Below are positions 29,122 to 38,195 of a stretch of 64,000 nt of DNA, piece by piece. The notes below the pieces were generated by a model. That model was given only the letters and a program-made list of their open reading frames with translations. It searched no databases and was not told the DNA's origin. The stretch covers positions 20,578 to 84,577 of the forward strand of contig CAITMU010000125.1 in the NCBI GenBank assembly GCA_903893565.1, given 5' to 3'. A program made the position numbers and the translations under genes. The DNA comes from an uncultured beta proteobacterium (GTDB taxonomy: Bacteria; Pseudomonadota; Gammaproteobacteria; Burkholderiales; SG8-41). Position 1 is the first letter of the stretch. The number at the start of each line of letters is the position of its first letter.

Positions 29122-31068
29122 TCATGGGGGTAATTTCTGATCGCTATTGACTGAAAAAAATTGTATGGCTTCTGATTGTAAGCGAGTGCGTTTCATGGGC
29201 GGCAGGCTTCGCCAAATGCGTTTTCCATAACGCTTTTCGACCAAGCGCGGATCGCAGATCATCAAGACCCCTCGATCATTTTCATCCCGAATTAACCGCC
29301 CTGCGCCTTGTTTTAAACTGATCACCGCCTGTGGCACCTGATAGTCCATGAAGGCATTGCGTCCTTGCTCGTTCATTTTTTCAATACGTGCGGCTAGTAC
29401 GGGATCATCTGGAGGGGAAAAAGGCAAACGATCAATGACGACCACCGATAAAGCCTCCCCCCTGACGTCGACCCCTTCCCAAAACGATTGACTCGCGACC
29501 AACACCGCGTTGCCTAATTCACGAAACCGATCCAATAACTCCGTGCGCGATCCCTCCCCCTGTAGCAACACCGGATAGATCAACCCCTGCACTTCAAATG
29601 CCTCACGTAACAACTGCGCCGCCTCGCGCATCGCCCTTAAGCTCGTGAAAAGCAAAAACGCCCTTCCCCCGCTTGCTTTGATGATGGGCAGTGCCTCATT
29701 GACCACGGTAGCGGTATGTTCTCGATCATTGGGATTGGGAAGATTTTCCGGCACGTAAAGTAAGCTATTGCGCTCGTAGTCAAAGGGGCTGGGCCAACTT
29801 TCCGTTTGTACGCCTTCTAGCCCCAACTCATCGCAGTAATGTTTAAAATTTCCATTCACCGATAAGGTGGCTGATGTAAATACCCAAGAGCGTGAAGTTT
29901 CGGTAATTTGTTTTCTGAAAATATCAGCAATGGATAAGGGGGTTGCATGTAATTGAAGGGAGGAACCAAAAAGCTCGCTCCAACGCACAAAACTTAAATC
30001 CTTTGCTTCGGTCCAACGAGAAATTTTTTGAGCTAACTCCTGCGCACGTCCACGACAATGTTCTAAACCTTCACTGCGTTCAGCCTGGGATTCTAACAAC
30101 ACGAAAAGTTCAGACAACTTAACGCTCGTGTCTTTTAAAGCCGACATAAAGGTCTCATCTTCGATCAATTGCTGATATCGGATTCGCCCCACCTCTTCGC
30201 GCCGACTCAAACGAAGATCGCGCGCCGCTTTATCAAGAGCGATCGCGGCCTCGGGCAAGGGTGCGAAGTCGCGTGCCGAGGCGATGGCCTCCATTCGTGC
30301 ATCGCGCGCCAGATCAATCAGTAAAGCGGTGGAAACGGTTTCACCAAAAAACAAACTGGCCGTATCAGGTAACTGGTGCGCTTCATCAAAAATGACCGTA
30401 TTACAAGAGGGCAAGAGCTCGGAAATGCCTTCATCTCGTAAGGCTACATCGGCGAAGAACAAATGATGATTCACTACCACCACATCGGCGGCTAGGGCTT
30501 GTTTGCGGGCCTTCATCACAAAACATTGTTCATAATCTTCGCATTGCGAACCTAGGCAATTCTCCCGATTGGAGGTAACGAGCGACCAGACCGAGGCGTT
30601 TTCTGGCACGTCGGCGCAATCGGCCCGATCCCCACTTTGTGTGCGTTGGGAAAAGCGTGCAATGAGCTGAAGGTAACGTACATCATCGCGGCTACTTAAT
30701 CGGCCGTCAGCCTGCGTGTTAGCCAGATGATGGTGGCAGACATAATTTGCTCTACCCTTCAAGAGCGCCACAGACACAGGGGCCTTTAACGCTTTTCGCA
30801 CTGTGGGAATATCGCGGTCAAAGAGCTGGTCCTGCAGATTTTTCGTGCCGGTTGAGACGATCACTTTGCCCCCAGACAATAATGCGGGAACAAGATAGGC
30901 AAAGGTTTTTCCCGTGCCTGTGCCGGCTTCAGCCACTATCGGCTTTTGACTGCGAATGGCCTTGTCAATTTGCTTGGCCATTTCGACTTGTCCTGGTCGG
31001 GCACGAAATTCGGGCACCACTTCTGACAATGAGCCGTTTAATGCGAAGATCTTTTCAATTTCAGACAT
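29122..31068 (-). CDS. DinG/YoaA-family ATP-dependent DNA helicase (XPD-like, Fe-S)
   Basis: Walker A AEAGTGTGKT, DEAH box (IFDEAHQL), a Cys cluster (YVCHHH ... NCLGSQCEDYEQCF), and C-terminal helicase motifs. 648 aa. Confidence 0.85.
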   Translation of the reverse strand: MSEIEKIFALNGSLSEVVPEFRARPGQVEMAKQIDKAIRSQKPIVAEAGTGTGKTFAYLVPALLSGGKVIVSTGTKNLQDQLFDRDIPTVRKALKAPVSVALLKGRANYVCHHHLANTQADGRLSSRDDVRYLQLIARFSQRTQSGDRADCADVPENASVWSLVTSNRENCLGSQCEDYEQCFVMKARKQALAADVVVVNHHLFFADVALRDEGISELLPSCNTVIFDEAHQLPDTASLFFGETVSTALLIDLARDARMEAIASARDFAPLPEAAIALDKAARDLRLSRREEVGRIRYQQLIEDETFMSALKDTSVKLSELFVLLESQAERSEGLEHCRGRAQELAQKISRWTEAKDLSFVRWSELFGSSLQLHATPLSIADIFRKQITETSRSWVFTSATLSVNGNFKHYCDELGLEGVQTESWPSPFDYERNSLLYVPENLPNPNDREHTATVVNEALPIIKASGGRAFLLFTSLRAMREAAQLLREAFEVQGLIYPVLLQGEGSRTELLDRFRELGNAVLVASQSFWEGVDVRGEALSVVVIDRLPFSPPDDPVLAARIEKMNEQGRNAFMDYQVPQAVISLKQGAGRLIRDENDRGVLMICDPRLVEKRYGKRIWRSLPPMKRTRLQSEAIQFFSVNSDQKLPP

Positions 31069-31200
31069 AAAACGGATCAGTATTAAAAAGCAATGAACAC
31101 ATCAACAAAAATACCTTATGTAATTATGTAAACAAACGATTCTCAATGGTTTCTTGTGATCTCTTAAGGCTAAATAGGACTTAGCCCCAACAAAAGCCTC

Positions 31201-31227
31201 TGTGTGAGTGAGTGTGTGTGTGTATGT
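31201..31227. repeat. Imperfect (TG)n alternating purine-pyrimidine tract
   Basis: The sequence tgtgtgagtgagtgtgtgtgtgtatgt lies between the stop of the CitE-like gene and the start region of the helicase gene. Confidence 0.8.
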
Positions 31228-31243
31228 TTAGGCAAACCAAGCC

Positions 31244-32122
31244 CTAGTCTGCAATGGCATCCCCCCAGGACAAAACCTGACGTGCACTGGCGGCCATCGC
31301 ATAATCAATTAATTTGCCATCGAGGGTGGTAGCAGCCGATCCACGGGCGACCGCTTCGTCAAACACGGCTAAGACTTTTTTATAGTAATCCATTTCAGCC
31401 CGAGTCGGCGTGAATGCACGGTTAACGATCGCCACCTGATTCGGATGAATAATGGATTTACCTCGATAGCCTAGTTTTCGAGCCGCTTGAGAGCAAGCCA
31501 TGAGGCCTTCGGGGTCTTTAATATTGGCGTAAGAGCCGTCGATGACTAGCTCAACGCCGGCGGCCCGAGCGGCTAACAAAATACGAGAGCGAATATAAAG
31601 AACCTCCTCCCCCACTGCCGTCCACTGATATCCGAGATCTTTTTGCAGGTCTCCATCTTGAGCCGTTCCTGCTACCACACAAAAGATACGAGGACTGGCC
31701 GATAAAATTTCATAGGCAAACCATACCCCTTTAGCGGACTCTAAACTCGGTCCTATGCCGATAGAGCCTTCTTTTAAGCCCCGTTGTTTCTCGAGTGTCG
31801 TGAGTAGACTATCTATATGGCGTATATCATCAGCCGATTCTGCTTTCGTCAAACGAATACCGAGCAGTCCTTCGGTGACCACCGCATTCAAGTCCTCTTC
31901 GATCAAACCGGTTTGCACCGCATTGACCCGCACATACAGAGCGTTTTGCGCATGATGTTTTTCAATATACTGACGCGCTAATAAACGGGCCTTGGGTTTT
32001 TCTGCCACTGGCACCGAGTCTTCTAAGTCAAAAACGAGTGCATCCGCACCATAGCTAGGCGCTTTGAGCAGCATGTCTTCACGGTTAGCCGGCATGATCA
32101 AGAGGCTACGCAGGGGTCTCAT
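31244..32122 (-). CDS. CitE/HpcH-family acyl-CoA lyase (citryl-, malyl- or citramalyl-CoA lyase-like), copy 1
   Basis: 292 aa with N-terminal RSLLIMPANR, FDLEDSV and the C-terminal IHPNQV motif typical of CitE-like lyases. Confidence 0.85.
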   Translation of the reverse strand: MRPLRSLLIMPANREDMLLKAPSYGADALVFDLEDSVPVAEKPKARLLARQYIEKHHAQNALYVRVNAVQTGLIEEDLNAVVTEGLLGIRLTKAESADDIRHIDSLLTTLEKQRGLKEGSIGIGPSLESAKGVWFAYEILSASPRIFCVVAGTAQDGDLQKDLGYQWTAVGEEVLYIRSRILLAARAAGVELVIDGSYANIKDPEGLMACSQAARKLGYRGKSIIHPNQVAIVNRAFTPTRAEMDYYKKVLAVFDEAVARGSAATTLDGKLIDYAMAASARQVLSWGDAIAD

Positions 32123-32415
32123 CGGTTTTTATGTTCTTTTACAGTCAAAATATTGGAAGCTTCAGGGAAGCAAAAAAATAAAGAATGAGCGATGTTCTCC
32201 TAAAGAGCTTCATGCCCATCCCTATGGCTTTGGATAGTGTAGCGCAGTTAAAAGCCTTTAAAAGCCTTTTTGCAGCGCTTTTTTTCTGAACGGCCCCCAC
32301 GGTTAATAAGAGGGGGTTTGGGAGGCAGATGGCGGTGGGCTCGCAGGCTCTGGCATTGACCTTTCGGTCGCTACGACAACCAAGGCGAAGGCTTTGTAGT
32401 GCACAGTCAAGGCGA

Positions 32416-32865
32416 TTAAGTCGGACGTCGTTTGAGTAAAAAAGCTTGCACGGCTTCTTGAACTCTTTCCCCTTTTTGGTTATACACTTCGAGAGAGCGC
32501 TTCATAATGCCACGGTCGCTTCGAGAGGATTCACGTTTTTCCAGCACTTTGAGTTTGGCGTGGATGGTGTCGCCAGCTTTGACGGGATTGGTAAATTTTA
32601 GGCTATCAAAGCCCAAGAATGCGATCAAGGTATCGTCATATAAATGCAACTGAAAAATCAACCCTGCTGCAATCGCGTATACCAAAGGGCCATGCGCAAT
32701 ACGGGTGCCAAACTGCGTTGTCTTACAATACTCTTCATTGATATGTAGGGGGTTGTAGTCGCCTGACAAACCGGCAAAGGTGACAATATCGGCTTCTGTG
32801 ACCGTGCGGGCAGGACTTTCAAACTCGGCTCCAATCTCCCACTCTTCCCAATATAAACCTCTCAT
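32416..32865 (-). CDS. MaoC-like (R)-specific enoyl-CoA hydratase/dehydratase
   Basis: 149-aa single hot-dog fold with GDYNPLHIN and the RIAHG motif. Confidence 0.85.
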   Translation of the reverse strand: MRGLYWEEWEIGAEFESPARTVTEADIVTFAGLSGDYNPLHINEEYCKTTQFGTRIAHGPLVYAIAAGLIFQLHLYDDTLIAFLGFDSLKFTNPVKAGDTIHAKLKVLEKRESSRSDRGIMKRSLEVYNQKGERVQEAVQAFLLKRRPT

Positions 32866-32891
32866 GATGTAAGCGTCCTCTTAGTCGACGG

Positions 32892-34082
32892 TTAATGGAT
32901 AGCGCCCAATTGGCGCAGTTGTGCAATGCGTTCAGGCGTCAGTTGGAGTAAATCGGTGAGCAGTGTCTCGGTGTGCTCTCCTAGCATGGGCGCTGGACTG
33001 GAGAGGGTTTTATCAATGCCTTCAAACTTTATGGGGTTTCCGGGCATTCTCACACGTCCGACTTGGGGGTGCATGTATTCAACAATCATCTCGCGCTCTG
33101 CCACCGGTGGCTCACCGAAGGCTCCGTCTAGATTGTTCACGGGGGCGGCGGGCACTTGCGCAGCATAAAGCTTATCTAACCAATGTTGGCGAGTGTTATT
33201 GACCAACACGGTTTCGAGCAGGGGAATTAAAATGTGACGGTTAACCAATCGTTGGGCGTTGCTAGCAAACCGCTCATCGTGAGCCCATTCGGGGTGCTCT
33301 ACAACATCACACAATCGGACCCAGAAATTCTCTTGTCGGGTCGCAATCACAATAAATCCATCTTGTACCGCAAACGCTTGCCAGGGCACACTGAATTCAT
33401 GGGCACTGCCCTGGGGTTTAGGCACTTCACCCGCGGTAAGGTAGTGAGTGGCCATGTAGCTTAAGAGATTTAACATGCCATCGAACATCGAGGTCTCAAC
33501 CCGGCAACCCTGCCCGGTGCGTTCTCGTTGATAAAGGGCGGCCAAAATCGCTTTGCAAGAAAATATTCCGCCACTTAAATCCGCTAACGGAATGCCCACA
33601 CGCGCGGGCGCCCTGTCGGGTTCTCCGGTAATGGCCATATAGCCACTAATGGCTTGAATCACCAAATCCAGGGCGGGGAAATCCTTATAGGCGCCTTGGC
33701 TACCAAAGCCTGTGACGGAGCATTGAATAATCCGAGGATTGATTAAGGACAATCGGGGGTAGTCTATTTCTAAGCGCTCTAATACGCCTGCCCTAAAATT
33801 ATCGACCACCACATCAGAGAGCCGCACTAAATCATAGAAAACCTGGCGACCTTCTACGGTTTTTAGATTGATAACAATACTTTTTTTATTACGGTTAAAC
33901 GTCAGAAAGAGCGTACTAATGCCTTTGTAGGGGGCCACCGAGGGTATGCGTCCCAGATCCCCTTCGGGGGCTTCAATTTTTATGACTTCAGCGCCTAAGT
34001 CAGATAGCACCTGACTGCCATAAGTGCCGGCAATAATTTGACCTAATTCAAGCACTCGTATGCCGGCTAGTGCATGTTCCAT
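32892..34082 (-). CDS. Family III CoA-transferase (CaiB/BaiF/Frc type)
   Basis: N-terminus GIRVLELGQIIAGTYGSQVLSDLGAEVIKIE and 396 aa, typical of the family. Confidence 0.9.
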   Translation of the reverse strand: MEHALAGIRVLELGQIIAGTYGSQVLSDLGAEVIKIEAPEGDLGRIPSVAPYKGISTLFLTFNRNKKSIVINLKTVEGRQVFYDLVRLSDVVVDNFRAGVLERLEIDYPRLSLINPRIIQCSVTGFGSQGAYKDFPALDLVIQAISGYMAITGEPDRAPARVGIPLADLSGGIFSCKAILAALYQRERTGQGCRVETSMFDGMLNLLSYMATHYLTAGEVPKPQGSAHEFSVPWQAFAVQDGFIVIATRQENFWVRLCDVVEHPEWAHDERFASNAQRLVNRHILIPLLETVLVNNTRQHWLDKLYAAQVPAAPVNNLDGAFGEPPVAEREMIVEYMHPQVGRVRMPGNPIKFEGIDKTLSSPAPMLGEHTETLLTDLLQLTPERIAQLRQLGAIH

Positions 34083-34083
34083 A

Positions 34084-35226
34084 CTAAAGCCCTAGACCCT
34101 TGGCAATAATGTTGCGCTGTATTTCAGAGGTACCCGCGCCAATGGTGGCTAGCCTAGAGTCCCGATAAAAGCGTTGCAAGGGATATTCCATGCAATAGCC
34201 GTAGCCGCCTAAGATTTGTAATCCCTTGTCAGCGACCATTTTGTAGGTTTCCCCAGTATGAAGCTTCACCACTGCGGCATCATGTCGGGTGGCTTTGCCT
34301 TGATCCATGAGCCACGCAAAACGATAGACCAATGTTCTTGAAATATCGAGGGCCGCTTTCATATCCGCTAGTTGGTGGGAAATGGCCTGAAAGCTACCAA
34401 TGGGTTGACCAAACTGACGACGCGTTTTGGCATAGTTCAAAGCGTATTCAAATGCTGCGGTGGCTGCCCCCGTACGCGCGGCTGATAGACATAGGCGTTC
34501 ATACCAGATGTATGCATCCACTGAGCGCCAGCCCTGACCGACTGTTCCCAAGACCGCGGATTCAGGCACCTTTACTTGATTGTAAAACACTTGCGTCGTG
34601 CCGATAGCACGTTGGCCTAGGGTTTTAATTTTTTTTACTTCAATTCCAGGCAGTTTGGTATCAATCAAAAAATTAGTAATGCCCTGATGTTTTTTTTCAT
34701 GGGTTGAAGTGCGAGCCACTAACAAGCAATAATCACTAATGTCCATTCCCGAAGTGAACACCTTTTGCCCATTGATTTCGTAGCCTTCATCGCATCGAGT
34801 GGCTTGCGTCTTAAGAGAAGCGGCGTCTGATCCAGAATGGGGCTCGGTGATGGCAAAGCACACTGAGATATCTCCCTTGGCCACGCGCGGCAGTAACAGG
34901 GCTTTTTGTTCCGGGGAGCCATCTCTCATCACCGCATAGCCGCCGTAGGTAATGGTACGAAACACCCACATCGCTAGCTCTTCAAATGCATAGCCACACT
35001 CTTCAAGCAAGATAGCCAGATCCATTGCTGAGCCCCCCGCCCCGCCATATTCGGGCGGCACGATGAGCCCAAACCATCCGTTTTTTGCTAGTGCTTGATA
35101 AGCCTCGCGCGGAGGCATCGCTTCGTTATCACAGCGCTCAGCGTAATCGGGCGGACAGGCTGTTCGCAGTAACGTTTGTAGATGTGCGCGCAGTTCTTCC
35201 TGATCGTTTGAAAAAGAAAAGTCCAT
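34084..35226 (-). CDS. Acyl-CoA dehydrogenase
   Basis: 380 aa: ITEPHSGSDAAS, the C-terminal IGAGTSEIQRNIIA, and a catalytic-base region YCMEYPLQRFYRD. Confidence 0.9.
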   Translation of the reverse strand: MDFSFSNDQEELRAHLQTLLRTACPPDYAERCDNEAMPPREAYQALAKNGWFGLIVPPEYGGAGGSAMDLAILLEECGYAFEELAMWVFRTITYGGYAVMRDGSPEQKALLLPRVAKGDISVCFAITEPHSGSDAASLKTQATRCDEGYEINGQKVFTSGMDISDYCLLVARTSTHEKKHQGITNFLIDTKLPGIEVKKIKTLGQRAIGTTQVFYNQVKVPESAVLGTVGQGWRSVDAYIWYERLCLSAARTGAATAAFEYALNYAKTRRQFGQPIGSFQAISHQLADMKAALDISRTLVYRFAWLMDQGKATRHDAAVVKLHTGETYKMVADKGLQILGGYGYCMEYPLQRFYRDSRLATIGAGTSEIQRNIIAKGLGL

Positions 35227-35229
35227 GAT

Positions 35230-36114
35230 TTATCCGTTACTTTGATCTAGAGCCAGCACCCGCTGGGCTCGGGCATACATGGCATAGTCGACCAATTTAC
35301 CCTCGAGTTGGATGGCACCGACGCCTTGCTTTTCTGCTGCTTCGAAGGCTTCAACCACACGTTGATAATAGGCCACTTGCTCTTTCGGAACGGCATAGGC
35401 TTGACGAATGGGTTGGATTTGCTTGGGATGAATGGGGGTGCGCCCTAAAAATCCTAATCGAGCTGAGAGGATGGAATCTTGCAGTAGGCCCGCTTCGTTG
35501 GCTAAATCGGAAAAAACGCCATCCAAGGGATAGGCACCTGCCGCACGGGTATCGCATAACACTTTTGAGCGTGAATACAAAAGTTCTACCCCTTCGATAG
35601 ACCACGCGCAGCCCAAATCGGTTTGCAAGTCCCCGTCCCTAGCGCTACCAATACAGGTGGCTGTCACGCGGGGGGAAGCTTTAATCAGCTCAAAGCAACG
35701 ATACACGCCCAGAGCACTTTCGATCATGAGACATATTTCTATGGATTCAGTTTTCAAACCACGCATTTTTTCTAGCCGCTCGATCATTGCAGCGCAGTCG
35801 CGCACGGCATCAACAGTCTCCGCTTTGGGTAAAAAAATCATGTCCAGCCCAGGGCGCACGACGGCTTCCAAATCGCTTTCTAACAGGCCGGTATCTGGCG
35901 CATTGGTGCGAACAAAAATTCCTTTATTGAGGCTACCCGTTTCTGCTACGGCCTGAATCTGTGCGGCAACCAATCCACGTGCCTCGGTTTTAGCGGCAAG
36001 GGCCACCGAATCTTCAAGATCAAAAATGACCGCATCGGCTTCTGATTCCAACGCTTTTTCCATCACTCGTTGTTTTGAGCCTGGAGCAAATAAGGCTGTC
36101 CTAATGGGTTTCAA
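35230..36114 (-). CDS. CitE/HpcH-family acyl-CoA lyase, copy 2
   Basis: RTALFAPGSK, FDLEDSV and IHPKQI motifs. The start is set at the TTG at 36114, behind a GGGAG RBS. The ORF-track start at 36153 would add a poly-Ser leader encoded by a (TCA)5 repeat. Confidence 0.8.
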   Translation of the reverse strand: MKPIRTALFAPGSKQRVMEKALESEADAVIFDLEDSVALAAKTEARGLVAAQIQAVAETGSLNKGIFVRTNAPDTGLLESDLEAVVRPGLDMIFLPKAETVDAVRDCAAMIERLEKMRGLKTESIEICLMIESALGVYRCFELIKASPRVTATCIGSARDGDLQTDLGCAWSIEGVELLYSRSKVLCDTRAAGAYPLDGVFSDLANEAGLLQDSILSARLGFLGRTPIHPKQIQPIRQAYAVPKEQVAYYQRVVEAFEAAEKQGVGAIQLEGKLVDYAMYARAQRVLALDQSNG

Positions 36115-36180
36115 AGGCTGACTCCCTGATGATGATGATGAAAATATAAGCAAGGCGTCATACTGATGTCCCGATCGAGT

Positions 36181-37116
36181 CTACTTCGCATAGGATTCGA
36201 CTTTGAGGGGGGGGTTACCGATTTCGGACAATCGTCCCTCTTCATTCATCAATAGTACAAAACCTTCGAGTGCTTTTAGCGCCGGTGGCATACCGAAATT
36301 GGCGCTTGTCTGAAAAATCACTTCCATGACTTCTCGAGGGGTAGCGCCTTGTCGCATGGATCCTCGCATATGAGCCAGCGCTTGCGTGGCTTCGCCAATA
36401 GCGAGGCAATCACCAACCATACAGAGTAATCGGGTCTTATCGTCGAGGATCGAACGAGTGTACATATTGGCGTAACAAAATTTAACCCATAGTCCAGCAA
36501 ACTCGCTATCAATGGTATCGAGCCAGCTCAAGAGGTTAATGTGGTGACCGGGTCGCATTAATAGACCTTGACTGACGCCGTGCCATCCATGTTTTTCGAT
36601 GAGCGTTGCAGTGCGTGGATCATCGCGGTCTTGTGCGTTCCATCGCTTTTGTTCTGATTCACGATCGCGTTGGTGATTGTTACCTTCGAGAGGTAATTGC
36701 GTGGCTTGTAATTCGCTCAATAAATGTAATTCTTGCGCTATCGCATAAAAAGTTCGAATGGCCGGATCGACCGTGGTATGGCCGCCATATACCATGCATT
36801 GCAAAATGATTTCTGTAATCTCTCGTAACGCCACTTTTGCAGTCAGAGCGGCCCGTATTGTTTCATCCAATAACGGTTGAGATTTGGCCATGGTGTATTG
36901 ACCGATCAATACGAGTAGTCGGGTTCGAGTATCGAGTGCCGGTCGACTCGACAGACCCCGAATCTGATAGTCTAACCACGATTGGGTAAAGTGCTGATCG
37001 AGGGCATCGCGTTGCGCCAAACGCGCTACAAAGGCTTGCCCTTGAATTTTAATGCCCGTTTGAAGCGTATCGGCGCCGTATTTATTTTGTAACGGGTCTT
37101 GCATGGTGTGTTTCAC
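36181..37116 (-). CDS. Carboxymuconolactone-decarboxylase (AhpD-like) family protein, two-domain
   Basis: Two tandem CMD-like segments (TRLLVLIGQYTMAK...ITEIILQCMVYGG and TRLLCMVGDCLAIG...VMEVIFQTSANFGMPPAL). 311 aa. Confidence 0.7.
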   Translation of the reverse strand: MKHTMQDPLQNKYGADTLQTGIKIQGQAFVARLAQRDALDQHFTQSWLDYQIRGLSSRPALDTRTRLLVLIGQYTMAKSQPLLDETIRAALTAKVALREITEIILQCMVYGGHTTVDPAIRTFYAIAQELHLLSELQATQLPLEGNNHQRDRESEQKRWNAQDRDDPRTATLIEKHGWHGVSQGLLMRPGHHINLLSWLDTIDSEFAGLWVKFCYANMYTRSILDDKTRLLCMVGDCLAIGEATQALAHMRGSMRQGATPREVMEVIFQTSANFGMPPALKALEGFVLLMNEEGRLSEIGNPPLKVESYAK

Positions 37117-37210
37117 AAGGGGGCTGAACCCAATATAAAAGATTCACAAAAAATTATGCTCGTTCTACGAGTTTTTACATGAAATGAACACGCAACGGCA
37201 CATTGGAAAA

Positions 37211-38194
37211 TCATTCAATTTTTAAGCCAATGGCTCGAACAATTTTTCCATATTTTTCAATTTCAGATTTAAAGTAATTGAGCATCTGAGCGGCATTGCG
37301 GCTATTGGTTTCTACACCCAGGGCTGAGAAGCGCTCTTTTAAATCAACCGCCGAAACCGCTTTTGCCATATCCCGATCCAATCGATTGATGACCTCCTGC
37401 GGAGTGGCTGCGGGAACGAAAACAGCGTTCCATAACACATGTTCGTAGCCCGTTACTCCGGCCTCATCCATCGTCATGATATCGGGGGCGATGGAGGATC
37501 GTTTAGCGGTGGTGACGGCTAAACCGCGTACTTTGGCGTTTCGCACATGAGGCAATCCTGCCGCCATACCTGAAAAATAAGCCGCAATTTGACCATTAAT
37601 GACGTCGACTAAGGCTTGGCCACCTCCCTTGTAAGGGATGTGCTGCATCTGTGCCCCAGTCATCGAACGGAACAATTCGTAGGCGAAATGATCCGAATTG
37701 CCATTACCCGATGAGGCCATATTTAAAGCGCCCGATTTGGACTTAGCTAGCGTAATGAGATCTTTGACCGAATGAATCGGTAGGGTGATATTAACGACCA
37801 ATAGATGGGGGCCTTCGACAGACTGACCCACGGGGGTGAGATCGCGAAGCGCGTCATAAGACAACTTGTCATAAGCCGTATAAGCCACGGCGATACCGGT
37901 GTTAGCATATAAAGAGATATAGCCGTCGGGCGAGGATTTGGCAACGTAATCCGCAGCAATATTGGCCCCTGCACCGGGTCGATTTTCAAATACGACCGAT
38001 TGACCGAGTGAATCAGACATCTTTTGCGCGACAAGACGCCCGATCACATCACTGGAGCTACCCGCAGGAAAGCCTATGATCATACGTAAGCTTTTCTGTG
38101 GGAACCCTGTTGCGGCCCATAAGGGCCTACCCCCTAAAAGCCCCATGATACAAAGGGCTATGAGGGGGAAGTGTCCACGCCTGATGCGAGGCAT
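37211..38194 (-). CDS. Bug/TctC-family periplasmic solute-binding protein
   Basis: Signal peptide, then FPQKSLRMIIGFPAGSSSDVIGR, ENRPGAGANI, SPDGY and YKGGGQ. It is a paralog of the ORFs at 4877 and 46910. Confidence 0.9.
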   Translation of the reverse strand: MPRIRRGHFPLIALCIMGLLGGRPLWAATGFPQKSLRMIIGFPAGSSSDVIGRLVAQKMSDSLGQSVVFENRPGAGANIAADYVAKSSPDGYISLYANTGIAVAYTAYDKLSYDALRDLTPVGQSVEGPHLLVVNITLPIHSVKDLITLAKSKSGALNMASSGNGNSDHFAYELFRSMTGAQMQHIPYKGGGQALVDVINGQIAAYFSGMAAGLPHVRNAKVRGLAVTTAKRSSIAPDIMTMDEAGVTGYEHVLWNAVFVPAATPQEVINRLDRDMAKAVSAVDLKERFSALGVETNSRNAAQMLNYFKSEIEKYGKIVRAIGLKIE

Positions 38195-38195
38195 A

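Noticed and set aside
31107-31134. TTATGTAAACA (with a TTATGTAA direct repeat), which resembles the XerD arm of the dif-like site.
   Set aside because: Only the XerD-arm half matches (9/11). The central region and XerC arm do not. By my rough estimate, a 9/11 half-site match is expected many times by chance in 128 kb of two-strand sequence.
36128-36153. A (GAT)4 / (TCA)5 trinucleotide repeat that gives a poly-Ser N-terminal extension to CitE copy 2 in the ORF track.
   Set aside because: An internal TTG at 36114 has a GGGAG RBS and yields the family-typical N-terminus (KPIRTALFAPG). The repeat is therefore most likely intergenic.
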